A DNA stretch of 64,000 nt from an uncultured Methylococcaceae bacterium (GCA_903839855.1 CAIMEB010000160.1:164-64163); one strand, 5' to 3'; numbered from the stretch's first letter, positions 50,711-62,370 are shown. Made by a program: numbers and translations. Notes: generated by a model not told the origin, from the sequence alone.

Positions 50711-51442
50711 ATGAAAGTCATGAAAAAAGTTATTATGTTTATTGCGATAACCGTATTCGGATTGACTCTGTCAATTGCTAAAGCAGATGAAACCACTATT
50801 AGGCAGTCAATCGCTAAATCAATGCCGTCTATTAAAGTTGATTCTGTTAAGTCGTCTGTTATTAAAGGTCTTTATGAATTAACGATTGGTGCCAATTTAT
50901 ATTACGTATCTGAAGATGGTAAGTATTTATTGCAAGGGCACCTGATAGATATAGCCGATAAAAAAGATTTAACCGAAGCAAAGCTAAACGTCATAAGAAA
51001 ATCAGCTATCGCAAAAATGGGGGTAGCTAACATGATTGTATTTAAGCCTAAAATAGCTAAATATACCGTAACTATTTTTACGGATATAGATTGCGGATAT
51101 TGCCGTAAGTTACATTCTGAATTAGATCAATATCTGGCACAAGGCATTACTATTCAATATGTATTTTTTCCCAGAGCCGGCAAAGACTCAGATTCTTATA
51201 ATAAAGCGGTTTCTGTCTGGTGTGCTAATGATCGTAATGCCGCATTAACCGCAGCTAAAAAGGATCAGAATGTCCCAAGTAAAACGTGTGATAATCCTGT
51301 CGATGAACACATGCAACTGGCTGCCGAATTTGATGTAAAAGGCACGCCGATGATTATCTCAGAAAATGGTAACGTCTACCCAGGGTATTTACCAGCAGCA
51401 CAATTGGTTGCAGCATTACAAAGTGAAACTGCTGGAAAATAA
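50711..51442 (+). CDS. dsbC: Disulfide isomerase DsbC
   Basis: Signal peptide, DsbC dimerisation N-domain (SEDGKYLLQG), FTDIDCGYC, FPRAG, GTP cis-Pro loop. Confidence 0.92.
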   Translation: MKVMKKVIMFIAITVFGLTLSIAKADETTIRQSIAKSMPSIKVDSVKSSVIKGLYELTIGANLYYVSEDGKYLLQGHLIDIADKKDLTEAKLNVIRKSAIAKMGVANMIVFKPKIAKYTVTIFTDIDCGYCRKLHSELDQYLAQGITIQYVFFPRAGKDSDSYNKAVSVWCANDRNAALTAAKKDQNVPSKTCDNPVDEHMQLAAEFDVKGTPMIISENGNVYPGYLPAAQLVAALQSETAGK

Positions 51443-51528
51443 GTCATTGTATTATTTGGATTAGACTAACCCATAAATATCACCACTGCTTGGTTAAGCA
51501 GGGGCAGGCGTTAGTATAAAAATGGGTG

Positions 51529-52536
51529 TTAATGATTTGTCCATGACAGTGTGGTTGCTTTACCAAGACGATCATTAATGGCTTGCCAGGCCTCAGTGTT
51601 TGGAGGTTGTTCTATCAGGATGATATCAAGTTCACGACTGTCTAAATCACGCAATGAAGCATATAAGATCTGAGCGTAACTATCTGCCTGCTCGGGCATG
51701 CAAAGCAAATGTAATCCTCTGTTTTCGGGTGGATTGTATTGATATGCGAGTAAACCAATCGTTTTATTTTGAAGATTTAATACCTTTATAAGGTCTGTTA
51801 GTTGATCATGAGGGCAAAGCATAGCTACTGTCAAGGGGGCATAGTGTACGGTCATCATCCCTGGAGCACGGACATCTGAAGAGCTGGCTTGCTCCTTTGG
51901 GATTGCTACATTGATGAGTTCCGTTTGTAAAATGGCCTCTATTTCTTGACGGGTAATATGACCAGGCCTTAATAATCTAGGAATATCTCCACTTAAATCA
52001 ACAATAGTTGATTCTACACCGACTTCACAAACACCACCATCAAGTATCATGTCTACAACGGTACCTAGCTCTTTTTCAACATGGGCAGCCTGAGTAGGAC
52101 TAATTCTGCAAAAACGATTTGCAGAGGGCGCTGCGATTCCGCCACCAAATACTCTTAATAGTTGTAAGGCAACTGGATGATTCGGCATACGTAAGCCGAC
52201 GGTAGTTTGTCCACCGGTTACTTCAAGGGGTACTTCAGGTTTTTTATTTAAAATGATAGCCAGTGGACCCGGCCAAAAATGATTAGCCAGCCTAATTGCT
52301 GCATCAGGTATATTGATAGCCCAGTCGTCAAGGTTATCAATACCAGCAATATGAACAATAAGAGGATGGTCAGAAGGTCGACCCTTAGCTTGAAATATTC
52401 GGTTAATCGCTATGGGGTTTGAGGCATCAGCTCCTAAACCATAGACTGTTTCAGTTGGAAAGGCCACTAAACGACCTTGGCTCAGTAATTTAGCCGCCAC
52501 TTTAATAGCAGCTTCATCGGCAAAAATAGGTTTCAT
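51529..52536 (-). CDS. sua5: L-threonylcarbamoyladenylate synthase, Sua5 type (YrdC + SUA5 domains)
   Basis: AFPTETVYGLGA, KGRP.DHPLIVH, FWPGPL, AAPSAN, GVEST, APGM..HYAP. Confidence 0.93.
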   Translation of the reverse strand: MKPIFADEAAIKVAAKLLSQGRLVAFPTETVYGLGADASNPIAINRIFQAKGRPSDHPLIVHIAGIDNLDDWAINIPDAAIRLANHFWPGPLAIILNKKPEVPLEVTGGQTTVGLRMPNHPVALQLLRVFGGGIAAPSANRFCRISPTQAAHVEKELGTVVDMILDGGVCEVGVESTIVDLSGDIPRLLRPGHITRQEIEAILQTELINVAIPKEQASSSDVRAPGMMTVHYAPLTVAMLCPHDQLTDLIKVLNLQNKTIGLLAYQYNPPENRGLHLLCMPEQADSYAQILYASLRDLDSRELDIILIEQPPNTEAWQAINDRLGKATTLSWTNH

Positions 52537-52679
52537 TTTATAAACTTATAGCTAGTACTAGTAAGGGCGGCAAGTATTTCTACTTAGACATAACAGACAT
52601 AGACAGATATAGAGGGTATTTAAGTCTTTTTCAATTGCTAGGTCTGAAAATATAGCAGTTTAATATTCGGTATATATTA

Positions 52680-52707
52680 ACTTCGTATAATGTATATTAT
52701 GTTAAAT
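52680..52707 (+). other. dif: dif chromosome-dimer resolution site (XerC/XerD)
   Basis: ACTTCGTATAA-TGTATA-TTATGTTAAAT: perfect XerD arm and the same 6-bp centre as E. coli dif, typical XerC arm; intergenic and single copy in the window. Confidence 0.9.
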
Positions 52708-52752
52708 TAATGAATAGGCGAACAAAATAATGCACTCAATAATTTATTGTTA

Positions 52753-54168
52753 CTATTTAAGGAGCGTAGCAGCATCATGAACTGACTCAGATAACGTTGG
52801 TCGCGCATGAATAGTTCTTGCCAGATCTTCGCTACTTGCAGAAAACTCCATGGCCAATACGGCTTCTGCTATAAGTTCTGATGCTTGAGTAGCGATAATA
52901 TGAACACCTAAAATCTTATCAGTTTCTGCATGAGCAATTATTTTAACCATACCTTCTGCTTTATCCAGTGCTAAAGCCCGAACCGTTGAGTCCAATGGAA
53001 AAATCCCAACTTTTATAGGTTCACCTGCAGCACGTAAAGCCTGTTCAGTCTGACCAACCCAAGCTATCTCTGGTTCAGTATAAATAACACTGGGCATGTT
53101 ATTGTAATTAATCTGATTATTTATTCCAGCGATACTCTCCGCAACAAACACGCCCTCCTCTATTCCCTTATGAGCTAACATGGGACCCAGTAAGGTTAAG
53201 TCACCCACTGCATAAACCCCAGGTAGATTCGTTCGACAATTATCATCTACGTAAACATAACCATTATCATCTAATAATAAATCAGCTTCAGGGGCAGCCA
53301 GTTCTGTCGTATTAGGTTTTCGCCCACAGGCCACTATAAGTTTATCAATTCGCAGAGTATGTGTACCCTCTTGGTCTTGATATTCAAGAGTAACTTTTTT
53401 GTTACCTTTCTTTGCTGAAATTACCCGTGCTCCTAAGCGTAAATCAAAACCTTGCCCCTGATATATGCGATAGGCTTCACCGGAAATTTGTTGATCTAAT
53501 ACAGACAAAAAGTTTTCTTGTGCTTCCAATAATATAGTTTCTGAACCTAATCTATTCCAAATACTTGCTAACTCAATACCCACGACCCCTGCACCAATAA
53601 TAGCCAGTTTTTTAGGAACAACTTCTAAATTTAAAGCTGTTTTAGCGTCAATGATAAACTCATTATCTAACGTTAAACAAGGCAACTTAATAGGTTTTGA
53701 GCCAGAAGCCAAAATAACATGAGTGGCACTAATGATGGATTTTACCAGATTATCTTCTGTCGCTATCTCGACTTGACGGTCGCTCAAAAGACGGGCTTTT
53801 GCTAAAATGTGATCTACCTTATGATGCGTAAACAGCCCAAGCATTTTATGACTAATTTCTTCGATGATTTTATCTTTTCGTCGAATCATCTTAGGCATAT
53901 CAATTGAAATAGTAGCGACATTTATACCATGCTTCGGCGCTTCATGAGTCAATTGATAATATATTTTAGCGGAATTTAACAAAGTCATAGAGGCGACACC
54001 GCCCGTATTTAAATGAGAACCCCCTAAGCGCCCCTGGTTATTTTTATCGCGCTTATTATCAATACACGCAGTTTTTAATCCCAGTTGGGCACAACGAATT
54101 GCACTGGCAAAGCCTGCCGGCCCTGCACCAATTACAATGACATCATAATGCGTTTGCTTTTTTAGCAT
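52753..54168 (-). CDS. Dihydrolipoamide-dehydrogenase (E3) homolog lacking the redox disulfide and catalytic His
   Basis: Full-length Lpd fold (GAGPAG, IGAGVVG, GD..MLAHK, EPEIAWVG, GVHII) directly after sucB. LGGTCLNVGCIPSK reads LGGSHLNTGGVASM and HxHPTxxE reads HARPTLSE; I confirmed both from the codons. Confidence 0.9.
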   Translation of the reverse strand: MLKKQTHYDVIVIGAGPAGFASAIRCAQLGLKTACIDNKRDKNNQGRLGGSHLNTGGVASMTLLNSAKIYYQLTHEAPKHGINVATISIDMPKMIRRKDKIIEEISHKMLGLFTHHKVDHILAKARLLSDRQVEIATEDNLVKSIISATHVILASGSKPIKLPCLTLDNEFIIDAKTALNLEVVPKKLAIIGAGVVGIELASIWNRLGSETILLEAQENFLSVLDQQISGEAYRIYQGQGFDLRLGARVISAKKGNKKVTLEYQDQEGTHTLRIDKLIVACGRKPNTTELAAPEADLLLDDNGYVYVDDNCRTNLPGVYAVGDLTLLGPMLAHKGIEEGVFVAESIAGINNQINYNNMPSVIYTEPEIAWVGQTEQALRAAGEPIKVGIFPLDSTVRALALDKAEGMVKIIAHAETDKILGVHIIATQASELIAEAVLAMEFSASSEDLARTIHARPTLSESVHDAATLLK

Positions 54169-54172
54169 AATA

Positions 54173-55432
54173 TTAAATATTAAGTAAAAGATGGGCGGGA
54201 GCTTCCAAGCATTCTTTAATAGTGACTAAAAATTGTACAGCTTCACGACCATCAACCAAGCGATGATCGTAAGATAAAGCCAGATACATGATCGGTCTGA
54301 TAACAATCAGACCATTTTCAACCACGGGACGTTCTTTAATTGCATGCATACCTAAAATGGCACACTGGGGTGGATTAAGTATTGGCGTTGATAGCATTGA
54401 ACCAAAAACACCGCCGTTGGTAATCGTAAATGTTCCGCCTTTTAAGTCATCATAGCTTAAAGTACCTGCCCTCGCCTTTTCTCCAAACGAGGCAATACTT
54501 TTTTCAATACCTGCAAAATCAAGTTGATCTGCATCATGCAATACCGGCACAATTAGTCCTCTTGGCGTACTGACAGCAATACCTAAATCATAATAGCCAT
54601 GATAAATGATGTCACTGCCATCAATAGAGGCATTGATCGCTGGGAAGTGTTTTAAGGCTTCAATTGAGGCCTTAACAAAAAATGACATAAAGCCAAGCTT
54701 AACAGAATGTTTTTGTTCAAACCGGGTTTTATATTGATTACGAAGATCAATAACGTTTTGCATATTGACTTCATTAAAAGTGGTTAACATCGCCGCATTT
54801 TGTTGGGCTTGTAACAAACGTTCAGCGACTTTTGCTCTTAATCGGGTCATTGCAACACGTTGCTCAGGTCTTAACCCTGCAACGGTGCTCGTGGTATCGA
54901 TTGTCGTTTCTGTGACTGTTTTTTGGGGTGATACCGTTTTTTCTGGATCGGCAATCACTTTTTTAGTTGGCGTTTCAATCGCTGCAACAGTAGGCATTAT
55001 TGGCTTATTAAGATGTTCTAAAACATCCGCTTTAGTTAACCGACCGCTCTTACCAGTACCGCTGATCTGCGAAGGATCCAAGGCATTTTCATTAATCAAT
55101 CGACGTACAGAAGGGCTTAGGGGGATGTCTTGATCATTATTTGTAATGCTCAGTGAGGCTGACTTACTTTCATTTGATGCTGTGGATTTAATATTATCCA
55201 CTTCGACATTGGCTAACAACTCACCACTCGTAACAATAGCCCCACTTTCTTTAAAAATTTTACTAAGAATGCCCGACTCAGGTGCAGTTACTTCAAGTAC
55301 AACTTTATCTGTTTCAAGATCAACAAGGTTTTCGTTTTTATTAACGAAATCCCCTGCATTTTTGTGCCAACTAATTAAGGTGGCGTCAGAAACTGATTCG
55401 GGTAGGTTGGGAACTAAGACTTCAATGCTCAT
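54173..55432 (-). CDS. sucB: 2-oxoglutarate dehydrogenase E2 (dihydrolipoamide succinyltransferase); start 55432
   Basis: LPESVSDA, lipoyl [11 protein letters not shown]3-binding domain ([19 protein letters not shown]), [10 protein letters not shown]. Confidence 0.97.
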   Translation of the reverse strand: MSIEVLVPNLPESVSDATLISWHKNAGDFVNKNENLVDLETDKVVLEVTAPESGILSKIFKESGAIVTSGELLANVEVDNIKSTASNESKSASLSITNNDQDIPLSPSVRRLINENALDPSQISGTGKSGRLTKADVLEHLNKPIMPTVAAIETPTKKVIADPEKTVSPQKTVTETTIDTTSTVAGLRPEQRVAMTRLRAKVAERLLQAQQNAAMLTTFNEVNMQNVIDLRNQYKTRFEQKHSVKLGFMSFFVKASIEALKHFPAINASIDGSDIIYHGYYDLGIAVSTPRGLIVPVLHDADQLDFAGIEKSIASFGEKARAGTLSYDDLKGGTFTITNGGVFGSMLSTPILNPPQCAILGMHAIKERPVVENGLIVIRPIMYLALSYDHRLVDGREAVQFLVTIKECLEAPAHLLLNI

Positions 55433-55433
55433 G

Positions 55434-58262
55434 TTATTTTCCTGAAGGATTGCCATATAAAGCTGCGTGTACTACAGCTTTTTGTTGTTCTATATGCACG
55501 TGAAACTTGCCAACAGCTGGCGCTGCAGAAGCATCACGCCCTGCATAAGTAACACTAATATTTGCGGATACATTATCTGTAAAATGGTGTTTAGTTTGGT
55601 ACCAGGCACCCTGGTTTTTAGGTTCCTCCTGACACCAGAAAAACTCTTTTAAATTTGGATATTTTGCCAGCTCCGTTTTGAGTAAGGTTTCTGGAAACGG
55701 ATAAATCTGTTCTAGACGCGCGATAGCAATATGCTCAAGCTTATCCTGGTTTCGCGCTTCCAATAAATCGTAATAAACCTTACCCGCACATAAAACAAAC
55801 CGCGTTACTTTTTTTGGATTCAGCGGATCTTGCTCTCCAATAACCGATTGAAAATGGCCTGCCGTAAGATCCTCAAGAGTTGAAACCGCTAACTTATGTC
55901 GAAGCAGGCTTTTGGGACTCATGACAATCAGTGGCTTACGATAAGGACGTACTATTTGACGACGTAATAAATGGAATATTTGTGCTGGTGTCGTAGGGTT
56001 ACAAACCTGAATATTATGCTCTGCACACAGTTGCAAATAACGCTCTAATCTTGCTGATGAATGTTCTGGCCCCTGCCCTTCAAAACCATGAGGTAATAAC
56101 ATAACCAGTCCACATAATCGTCCCCATTTTGTTTCACCTGAGCTAATAAACTGATCAATCACCACCTGAGCACCATTAGCAAAGTCGCCAAACTGCGCCT
56201 CCCAAATAACCAGTGTATTCGGTGTCGTTGTACTGTAACCATATTCAAAGCCCAACACCCCTGACTCCGATAAAAGAGAGTCGAAGATTTGAGCACTAGC
56301 TTGCTCTTTATCCAAGTGCTTAATAGGTGTGTAGGTTTTATTATTGATTTGATTATGTAACACGGCATGACGATGCACAAACGTGCCCCGTCCTACATCT
56401 TGCCCTGTCAAACGAATCGGATGTCCTTCTAAAAGAAGACTCGCATAAGCCAGATTTTCAGCAAATCCCCAATCCAGAGGTAATGCACCTGCCGCCATTT
56501 TTCGGCGGTTTTCCATCACCTTAGCGACTCTGGGATGCAACTCAAAGCCAGTGGGTAGTCTCTGCATTCTGTCATTACAAAAGCGTAAATAGTCCAAAGA
56601 AATAGCTGTCTTGCAAGGCGTATCCCAATGCTTATTGAGAAACTTATTCCATTGATTAGTATACGAATAGCCCGGATTTTTTAATACAGGTCTTGAAACA
56701 ACCTGACCTGCTTCAAGTAGTTTTTGATAGTCCTGTTCCATCTCAACAGACTGCCTGGAGTCAAGAATTCCTTCGCTGATTAATTTCTGGGCATACAGTT
56801 TTCGTGTTGTTTTGTGCTTGCGGATTTTCTTATACATAACGGGTTGAGTCGTCGCCGGCTCATCCGCTTCATTATGTCCAAGACGACGATAGCAAATTAG
56901 ATCAATAACCACATCTTTATTAAAAGTCATTCTATAATCAAGCGCTAAGCGAGTGACAAAAATAACAGCTTCTGGATCATCACCGTTAACATGGAAAACA
57001 GGCGCCTGAATCATACTGGCAACATCTGTACAATAAAAAGTAGACCTAGCATCTAAGGGATTACTCGTCGTAAAGCCAATTTGATTATTAATGACGATAT
57101 GTACAGTCCCACCGGTATAAAACGCTCGAGTCTGAGACATATTCAACGACTCCATCACAATCCCCTGCCCTGCAAACGCCGCGTCGCCATGAATCAAAAC
57201 AGGCACGACCGTACTCACTCCATCATCTCCTGCTCTATCTTGTCGTGCTTTAACTGAGCCCTCAACCACAGGATTAATAATCTCCAGGTGGGATGGATTA
57301 AAGGCAAGTGTTAAATGCACAGGACCACCGGGTGTTGCTACATCCGATGAGAACCCCATGTGATATTTTACATCGCCTGAACGAGCGCCGGGTAACAAGG
57401 TTGAGGTTCCAGCAAACTCATCAAACAGAGTAGCCGGGCTTTTACCCAAGATATTGACCAGAACATTTAAACGACCGCGATGTGCCATGCCGATAACGAT
57501 CTCTTTTACGCCCTTTTGACCAGAAACCTGGATGAGTTCATCGAGAATAGGAATCAGTGATTCCCCACCTTCAAGTGAGAAGCGTTTTTGACCGACAAAA
57601 CGGTGATGTAAATAGCTTTCAATCCCTTCAGCCGAAGTTAATAACTTGAGCAACCAATGTTTTTTCTCTGCATCCAGATTTAATTTGGCTTGAGTAGTTT
57701 CAAGTCGATTAATCAACCAGCGTCTAATTTTAGTATCCGCAATATGCATATACTCGGAGCCTATGCTACCGCAATAAATCGCTTTTAAATTAGCTATGAT
57801 ATTACGCAAGGGTGAGCGGTCTACTCCCCCATAAAGAGCGCCTGTGTCAAAAAGGGTATCCATATCAAGTTCAGAAAGCCCATAGTAGGAAGGATCCATA
57901 TCGGCTTGTGGCTGTACACTGGTACCCAGTGGATTATTATTAGCAATTTGATGACCTCGAACCCGATAATGATTAATTAATCGAGAAACAGCCGCTTGTT
58001 TTTTGACACTTTCTTCAGTAAACCCCTGTAACTGGGCTAATCTTCCTGGCGATTTAATGGCAAGTTGTGCAAACCGTTGAACAATCGGCCCGTGAGGTGT
58101 TTCGTAAAAAGCATTTTGTTGAATTTCTCTGAATTTTTTTTGCCAACTTAATTCAACTGACTCTGGATCTTCCAAAAACCGCTCATATAAATCCTCAATA
58201 AAACTGGCATTACTGCCCTGTAATGATGAAGAATCTTGAAAAAGTTGAATCAGGTTACTCAT
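55434..58262 (-). CDS. sucA: 2-oxoglutarate dehydrogenase E1
   Basis: [36 protein letters not shown] ThDP motif, [24 protein letters not shown]. Confidence 0.98.
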   Translation of the reverse strand: MSNLIQLFQDSSSLQGSNASFIEDLYERFLEDPESVELSWQKKFREIQQNAFYETPHGPIVQRFAQLAIKSPGRLAQLQGFTEESVKKQAAVSRLINHYRVRGHQIANNNPLGTSVQPQADMDPSYYGLSELDMDTLFDTGALYGGVDRSPLRNIIANLKAIYCGSIGSEYMHIADTKIRRWLINRLETTQAKLNLDAEKKHWLLKLLTSAEGIESYLHHRFVGQKRFSLEGGESLIPILDELIQVSGQKGVKEIVIGMAHRGRLNVLVNILGKSPATLFDEFAGTSTLLPGARSGDVKYHMGFSSDVATPGGPVHLTLAFNPSHLEIINPVVEGSVKARQDRAGDDGVSTVVPVLIHGDAAFAGQGIVMESLNMSQTRAFYTGGTVHIVINNQIGFTTSNPLDARSTFYCTDVASMIQAPVFHVNGDDPEAVIFVTRLALDYRMTFNKDVVIDLICYRRLGHNEADEPATTQPVMYKKIRKHKTTRKLYAQKLISEGILDSRQSVEMEQDYQKLLEAGQVVSRPVLKNPGYSYTNQWNKFLNKHWDTPCKTAISLDYLRFCNDRMQRLPTGFELHPRVAKVMENRRKMAAGALPLDWGFAENLAYASLLLEGHPIRLTGQDVGRGTFVHRHAVLHNQINNKTYTPIKHLDKEQASAQIFDSLLSESGVLGFEYGYSTTTPNTLVIWEAQFGDFANGAQVVIDQFISSGETKWGRLCGLVMLLPHGFEGQGPEHSSARLERYLQLCAEHNIQVCNPTTPAQIFHLLRRQIVRPYRKPLIVMSPKSLLRHKLAVSTLEDLTAGHFQSVIGEQDPLNPKKVTRFVLCAGKVYYDLLEARNQDKLEHIAIARLEQIYPFPETLLKTELAKYPNLKEFFWCQEEPKNQGAWYQTKHHFTDNVSANISVTYAGRDASAAPAVGKFHVHIEQQKAVVHAALYGNPSGK

Positions 58263-58494
58263 TATGGATATCCAATTATTCTACGGAGTGTGTTTGTATA
58301 TTTAAGTCTTGACCTAGTCGATTGCCAAGAGGAGCAGATTAAAATTATTTGCTACTTGCTTAAGTTTTTTAATTGTTAACAGCAAGAATACTATATTAAC
58401 TATATTGATGTCATGGCTAAAAGGAGGATATACATTATAAACTCATTGTTAACTAATAGGAGCATTCAAATAGACTAAGTTTTGTGGCTGAAGC

Positions 58495-58520
58495 AAAAAA
58501 GCCCCATAAAGGGACTTTTT
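58495..58520 (-). terminator. Probable intrinsic terminator after the CBS gene
   Basis: Minus strand aaaagtccc-tttat-ggggctttttt. Confidence 0.55.
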
Positions 58521-58536
58521 AGTGTATCGAAAGTGT

Positions 58537-59013
58537 TTATGTGTGACTTGTACCAGCAGCTATTCTTTGTTCTCTTTTTTCACTGGATTTTTCTATTTTA
58601 GAAAAAACTCTCAATATATCTGTTGCGGACAAAATACCGACTAATTTATTATCTTTATCGACTACCGGCAACGCTCCAATTTTATGATCAGCCATCAATG
58701 CAGCGGCCTCGGATACGTAAGTGTCTGGATTAACAGTAATGACACCTCTGCGCATGATATGTTGTACTTTTTGAGGAACAACATGTAACTCTGCCGGATT
58801 TTTTTCACTAGAGGATTCAATCGCATTGGAATTATTTTTTGGCCCGAGTGCTTTATATAAATCTCTATCTGAGACAATCGCAATAACTTTGCCTTTTTCA
58901 ACGACTGGCAAATGACGTACTTTTTCATAATGAATCAAAAAAAAGACTCTATCAATCAAATCGTGTTGTTCTACAGTAAATACTTTTGACTTCATTAAAT
59001 CTTCTACACGCAT
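58537..59013 (-). CDS. Stand-alone tandem CBS (Bateman) domain protein
   Basis: VEDLM..VFTV, VRHLPVV..GKVIAIVSDRD; IMRRGVITV, IGALPVV...LVGILSATD. Confidence 0.88.
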   Translation of the reverse strand: MRVEDLMKSKVFTVEQHDLIDRVFFLIHYEKVRHLPVVEKGKVIAIVSDRDLYKALGPKNNSNAIESSSEKNPAELHVVPQKVQHIMRRGVITVNPDTYVSEAAALMADHKIGALPVVDKDNKLVGILSATDILRVFSKIEKSSEKREQRIAAGTSHT

Positions 59014-59202
59014 ATTTATTCTCCTACTAAATCCTAATTAATTGTGTAAGGTTAGAGAAATAATCAGATTTTTACAAGTGATTAAACGGGTTGTGTTATA
59101 AAATAAGCACTCATAATTTTATGTTAAGTCATAAAATCTAACAGCTTTATTTTTTTGTAGTTACATAACTATTTGTTATATATAGTTAATATAACAATGT
59201 AA

Positions 59203-59862
<660 letters not shown>

Positions 59863-59929
59863 TTAATTTTTACTAAAAAATACAAGTTTATCTTGCGATA
59901 TTTAAATTCCAATAAAAAGGTATCAGTCA

Positions 59930-60952
59930 ATGAGTAAAGTTTATAACGTCGCGGTGGTTGGTGCGACGGGTGCAGTGGGTGAAGCGATGTTATCGATTTT
60001 GGAGGAGCGTAATTTTCCTGTCGGTGAAGTTTATGCCTTGGCCAGTAGCCATTCAGTAGGCAAACGAATTCCTTTTAAGGGTGGTTCCCTAAGAGTTGAA
60101 GACTTAGCGACTTTTGACTTTTCTAAAGCTCAAATTGGTTTATTCTCTCCGGGCGCATCCGTCTCTGAAATATATGCTCCCATAGCTGCCGCTGCAGGTT
60201 GTATCGTTATCGATAACACCTCACAGTTTCGTTATGACGATGATATTCCGCTTATCGTTCCTGAAGTTAACCCTGAAAAAATCGCTGATTATAAAAACAG
60301 AGGGATTATTGCAAACCCGAATTGTTCGACTATTCAAATGCTGGTCGCATTAAAGCCTATTCATGATGCGGTAGGAATCACTAGAATCAATGTCTGTACT
60401 TATCAGGCTGTTTCCGGTACAGGTAAAGAGGCCATCGAAGAGTTAAGTAAACAAACTCTTAACCTGCTTAACCTACATCCCATTTCAGCAACCGTGTACC
60501 CTAAACAAATCGCATTTAATGTGTTACCGCAAATTGATGTGTTTATGGACAATGGTTACACCAAAGAAGAAATGAAAATGGTTTGGGAAACTAAAAAAAT
60601 TATGGGGGATGACGCTATTCTAGTGAATGCGACGGCTGTTAGAGTTCCGGTATTTTTTGGTCATTCAGAAGCTGTACATATTGAAACACTCTCAAAAATT
60701 ACTGCTGCCGAAGTGCGTGCCTTACTGGAAAAAGCACCCGGCGTAACAGTGATTGATGAAAGAGTGAATGGTGGATACCCAACCGCAGTAACCGATTCCT
60801 CGGGTAATGATGAGGTATTTGTTGGTAGAATCAGAGAAGATATATCGCATCCACAAGGTATTGATTTATGGGTGGTGAGTGATAATGTCAGAAAAGGTGC
60901 TGCGTTAAATAGTGTTCAAATAGCAGAAGTACTTATAAAAGACTACATTTAA
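59930..60952 (+). CDS. asd: Aspartate-semialdehyde dehydrogenase
   Basis: VGATGAVG, IDNTSQFR, IANPNCSTIQ, QAVSGTG, RVPVFFGHSE, DNVRKGAALN. Confidence 0.96.
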   Translation: MSKVYNVAVVGATGAVGEAMLSILEERNFPVGEVYALASSHSVGKRIPFKGGSLRVEDLATFDFSKAQIGLFSPGASVSEIYAPIAAAAGCIVIDNTSQFRYDDDIPLIVPEVNPEKIADYKNRGIIANPNCSTIQMLVALKPIHDAVGITRINVCTYQAVSGTGKEAIEELSKQTLNLLNLHPISATVYPKQIAFNVLPQIDVFMDNGYTKEEMKMVWETKKIMGDDAILVNATAVRVPVFFGHSEAVHIETLSKITAAEVRALLEKAPGVTVIDERVNGGYPTAVTDSSGNDEVFVGRIREDISHPQGIDLWVVSDNVRKGAALNSVQIAEVLIKDYI

Positions 60953-61021
60953 GACTTCAGAAAAAGTCCAGGTAACCCCATCATCCTTAAAAGGGTTGCC
61001 TAGGCTTAAGATACTCATTAA

Positions 61022-61900
61022 TTACGGCTGATAAGGCATTTCAGATACATTCACCATAACGCTCATTATTGGTGATTGAGGCTGAACATTTGGGGCGATT
61101 GTAAACGAGCCAGATACAGGGGGGACTGACTCAGGATGTCGGCTCACAGCCACGGGGATGTGTTGATTGCCCACTACTTGACCGGATGTGGAGTCAAAGC
61201 CTTTCCAGCCAGCACCTGGCAGATAAACTTCCGACCATGCGTGGGTGGTACCTTGACCTTGCAGAAGCATTGGCGAGTAGAGATAGCCACTCACAAAACG
61301 CGCAGCCAAACCCAGGGAGCGACAGACCTCGATAAACAAGGTTGCAAAATCACGACAAGAACCTGCGTTACGGGACAATGTCGTCGCGGGTGACTGGACA
61401 CCCGGCTCTTCACGCAGTTGATAGGTGAATCCGGTCGCAATCGCTTTATTGATCCATTCCAGCAGCAAATAAGTTTCCACTCTTTGACCGGATTGCCAGA
61501 ATTGATGTACCCAGGTACTCAACTGCACGCGGTCTTGATCAAATAGTATAGACAGATAAGGCTCTAAATCAGCCTGCTCAAAACTATCATAATAAAAAGG
61601 AAACTTCATCGCATAATCTGCCACCAAAAAATTTAGAGGTTCATCATCGTAATGCTGAATCATGATCCTGCTGTCTATCGAGAGTAAACTGCTCGGTTCA
61701 GAAAATGTTACCTCAGCCATAGCATTGTCGTACACGTCACGTTGCCATTGTAGTTGGTGGGTCGGAAAAATAATTAATTCAGCCGATTCAACTCTAATAG
61801 GGTGACCCTCACGGGGACTCAAGAGCAATTTATGCGGTAGCAGAGTGACAAATTCGGTATATTGGTAAGTCGTTACATGCTTTATTAGTAATCGCCGCAT
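61022..61900 (-). CDS. Transglutaminase-like protein (Bact_transglu_N + core)
   Basis: IKHVTTYQY N-domain; triad GSCRDFA (Cys), THAWSE (His), GFDST (Asp). Confidence 0.88.
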   Translation of the reverse strand: MRRLLIKHVTTYQYTEFVTLLPHKLLLSPREGHPIRVESAELIIFPTHQLQWQRDVYDNAMAEVTFSEPSSLLSIDSRIMIQHYDDEPLNFLVADYAMKFPFYYDSFEQADLEPYLSILFDQDRVQLSTWVHQFWQSGQRVETYLLLEWINKAIATGFTYQLREEPGVQSPATTLSRNAGSCRDFATLFIEVCRSLGLAARFVSGYLYSPMLLQGQGTTHAWSEVYLPGAGWKGFDSTSGQVVGNQHIPVAVSRHPESVPPVSGSFTIAPNVQPQSPIMSVMVNVSEMPYQP

Positions 61901-62105
61901 CTATATCACTCCCATTGGGTAATCATTCACACGCCAACTCCACAAATTGGCAACTGATGCACAGAAAGCCCCGCTTGTCTGGTAGTCACACCTATCAAGA
62001 AATCCCAGGGTGAGCATTCAACAAGGACTTTACGCAATTTCACCGTTCCTATCGTTGACAGAATCATCCATCATTATCCCCGCCTTTTTTATAATCCATA
62101 GCTCA

Positions 62106-62240
62106 TTATAGATTGACTGACTCAGGATATAAAGCCTGTTGCTGATCATAATGACCGGATTGACTTTCCAGCCAACCTTGTGCCACTAGCTTTTGGGTAA
62201 TGTAATTTTCCAGATGAATTTCGTGATGATCTTGGTTCAT
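62106..62240 (-). pseudogene. 44-codon stub resembling the N-terminus of a type I restriction subunit HsdR
   Basis: MNQDHHEIHLENYITQKLVAQGWLESQSGHYDQQQALYPE, then an abrupt stop; matches my recollection of the HsdR N-terminal pattern (HxExxFE..I...L...GW.....YD...AL.P). Not in the ORF track (<60 aa). Confidence 0.55.
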
Positions 62241-62317
62241 ATTATGCCGTTAGTCATAAGTCGTTGGTACCCGTTGTAATGCTTGAAATCGTTATAACCG
62301 TTAAAATTGTTTTAACC

Positions 62318-62348
62318 GTAGCCTCGATGCAGCACCGCGGAATCGAGG
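62318..62348 (+). repeat. GTAG-family REP element, copy 1
   Basis: GTAG-CCTCGAT-gcagcaccgcgga-ATCGAGG: 5' GTAG tetramer followed by a palindromic stem. Confidence 0.85.
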
Positions 62349-62370
62349 ATAATTGAACATAATCGTCACA

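Noticed and set aside
52678-52695. 18-nt exact match to the left part of loxP (TAACTTCGTATAATGTAT), suggesting an engineered scar or phage lox site
   Set aside because: The right arm is TTATGTTAAAT (XerD box), not TATACGAAGTTAT, so this is dif; the Xer and Cre sites are simply similar. Worth remembering only if Cre-lox tools are used in this host.
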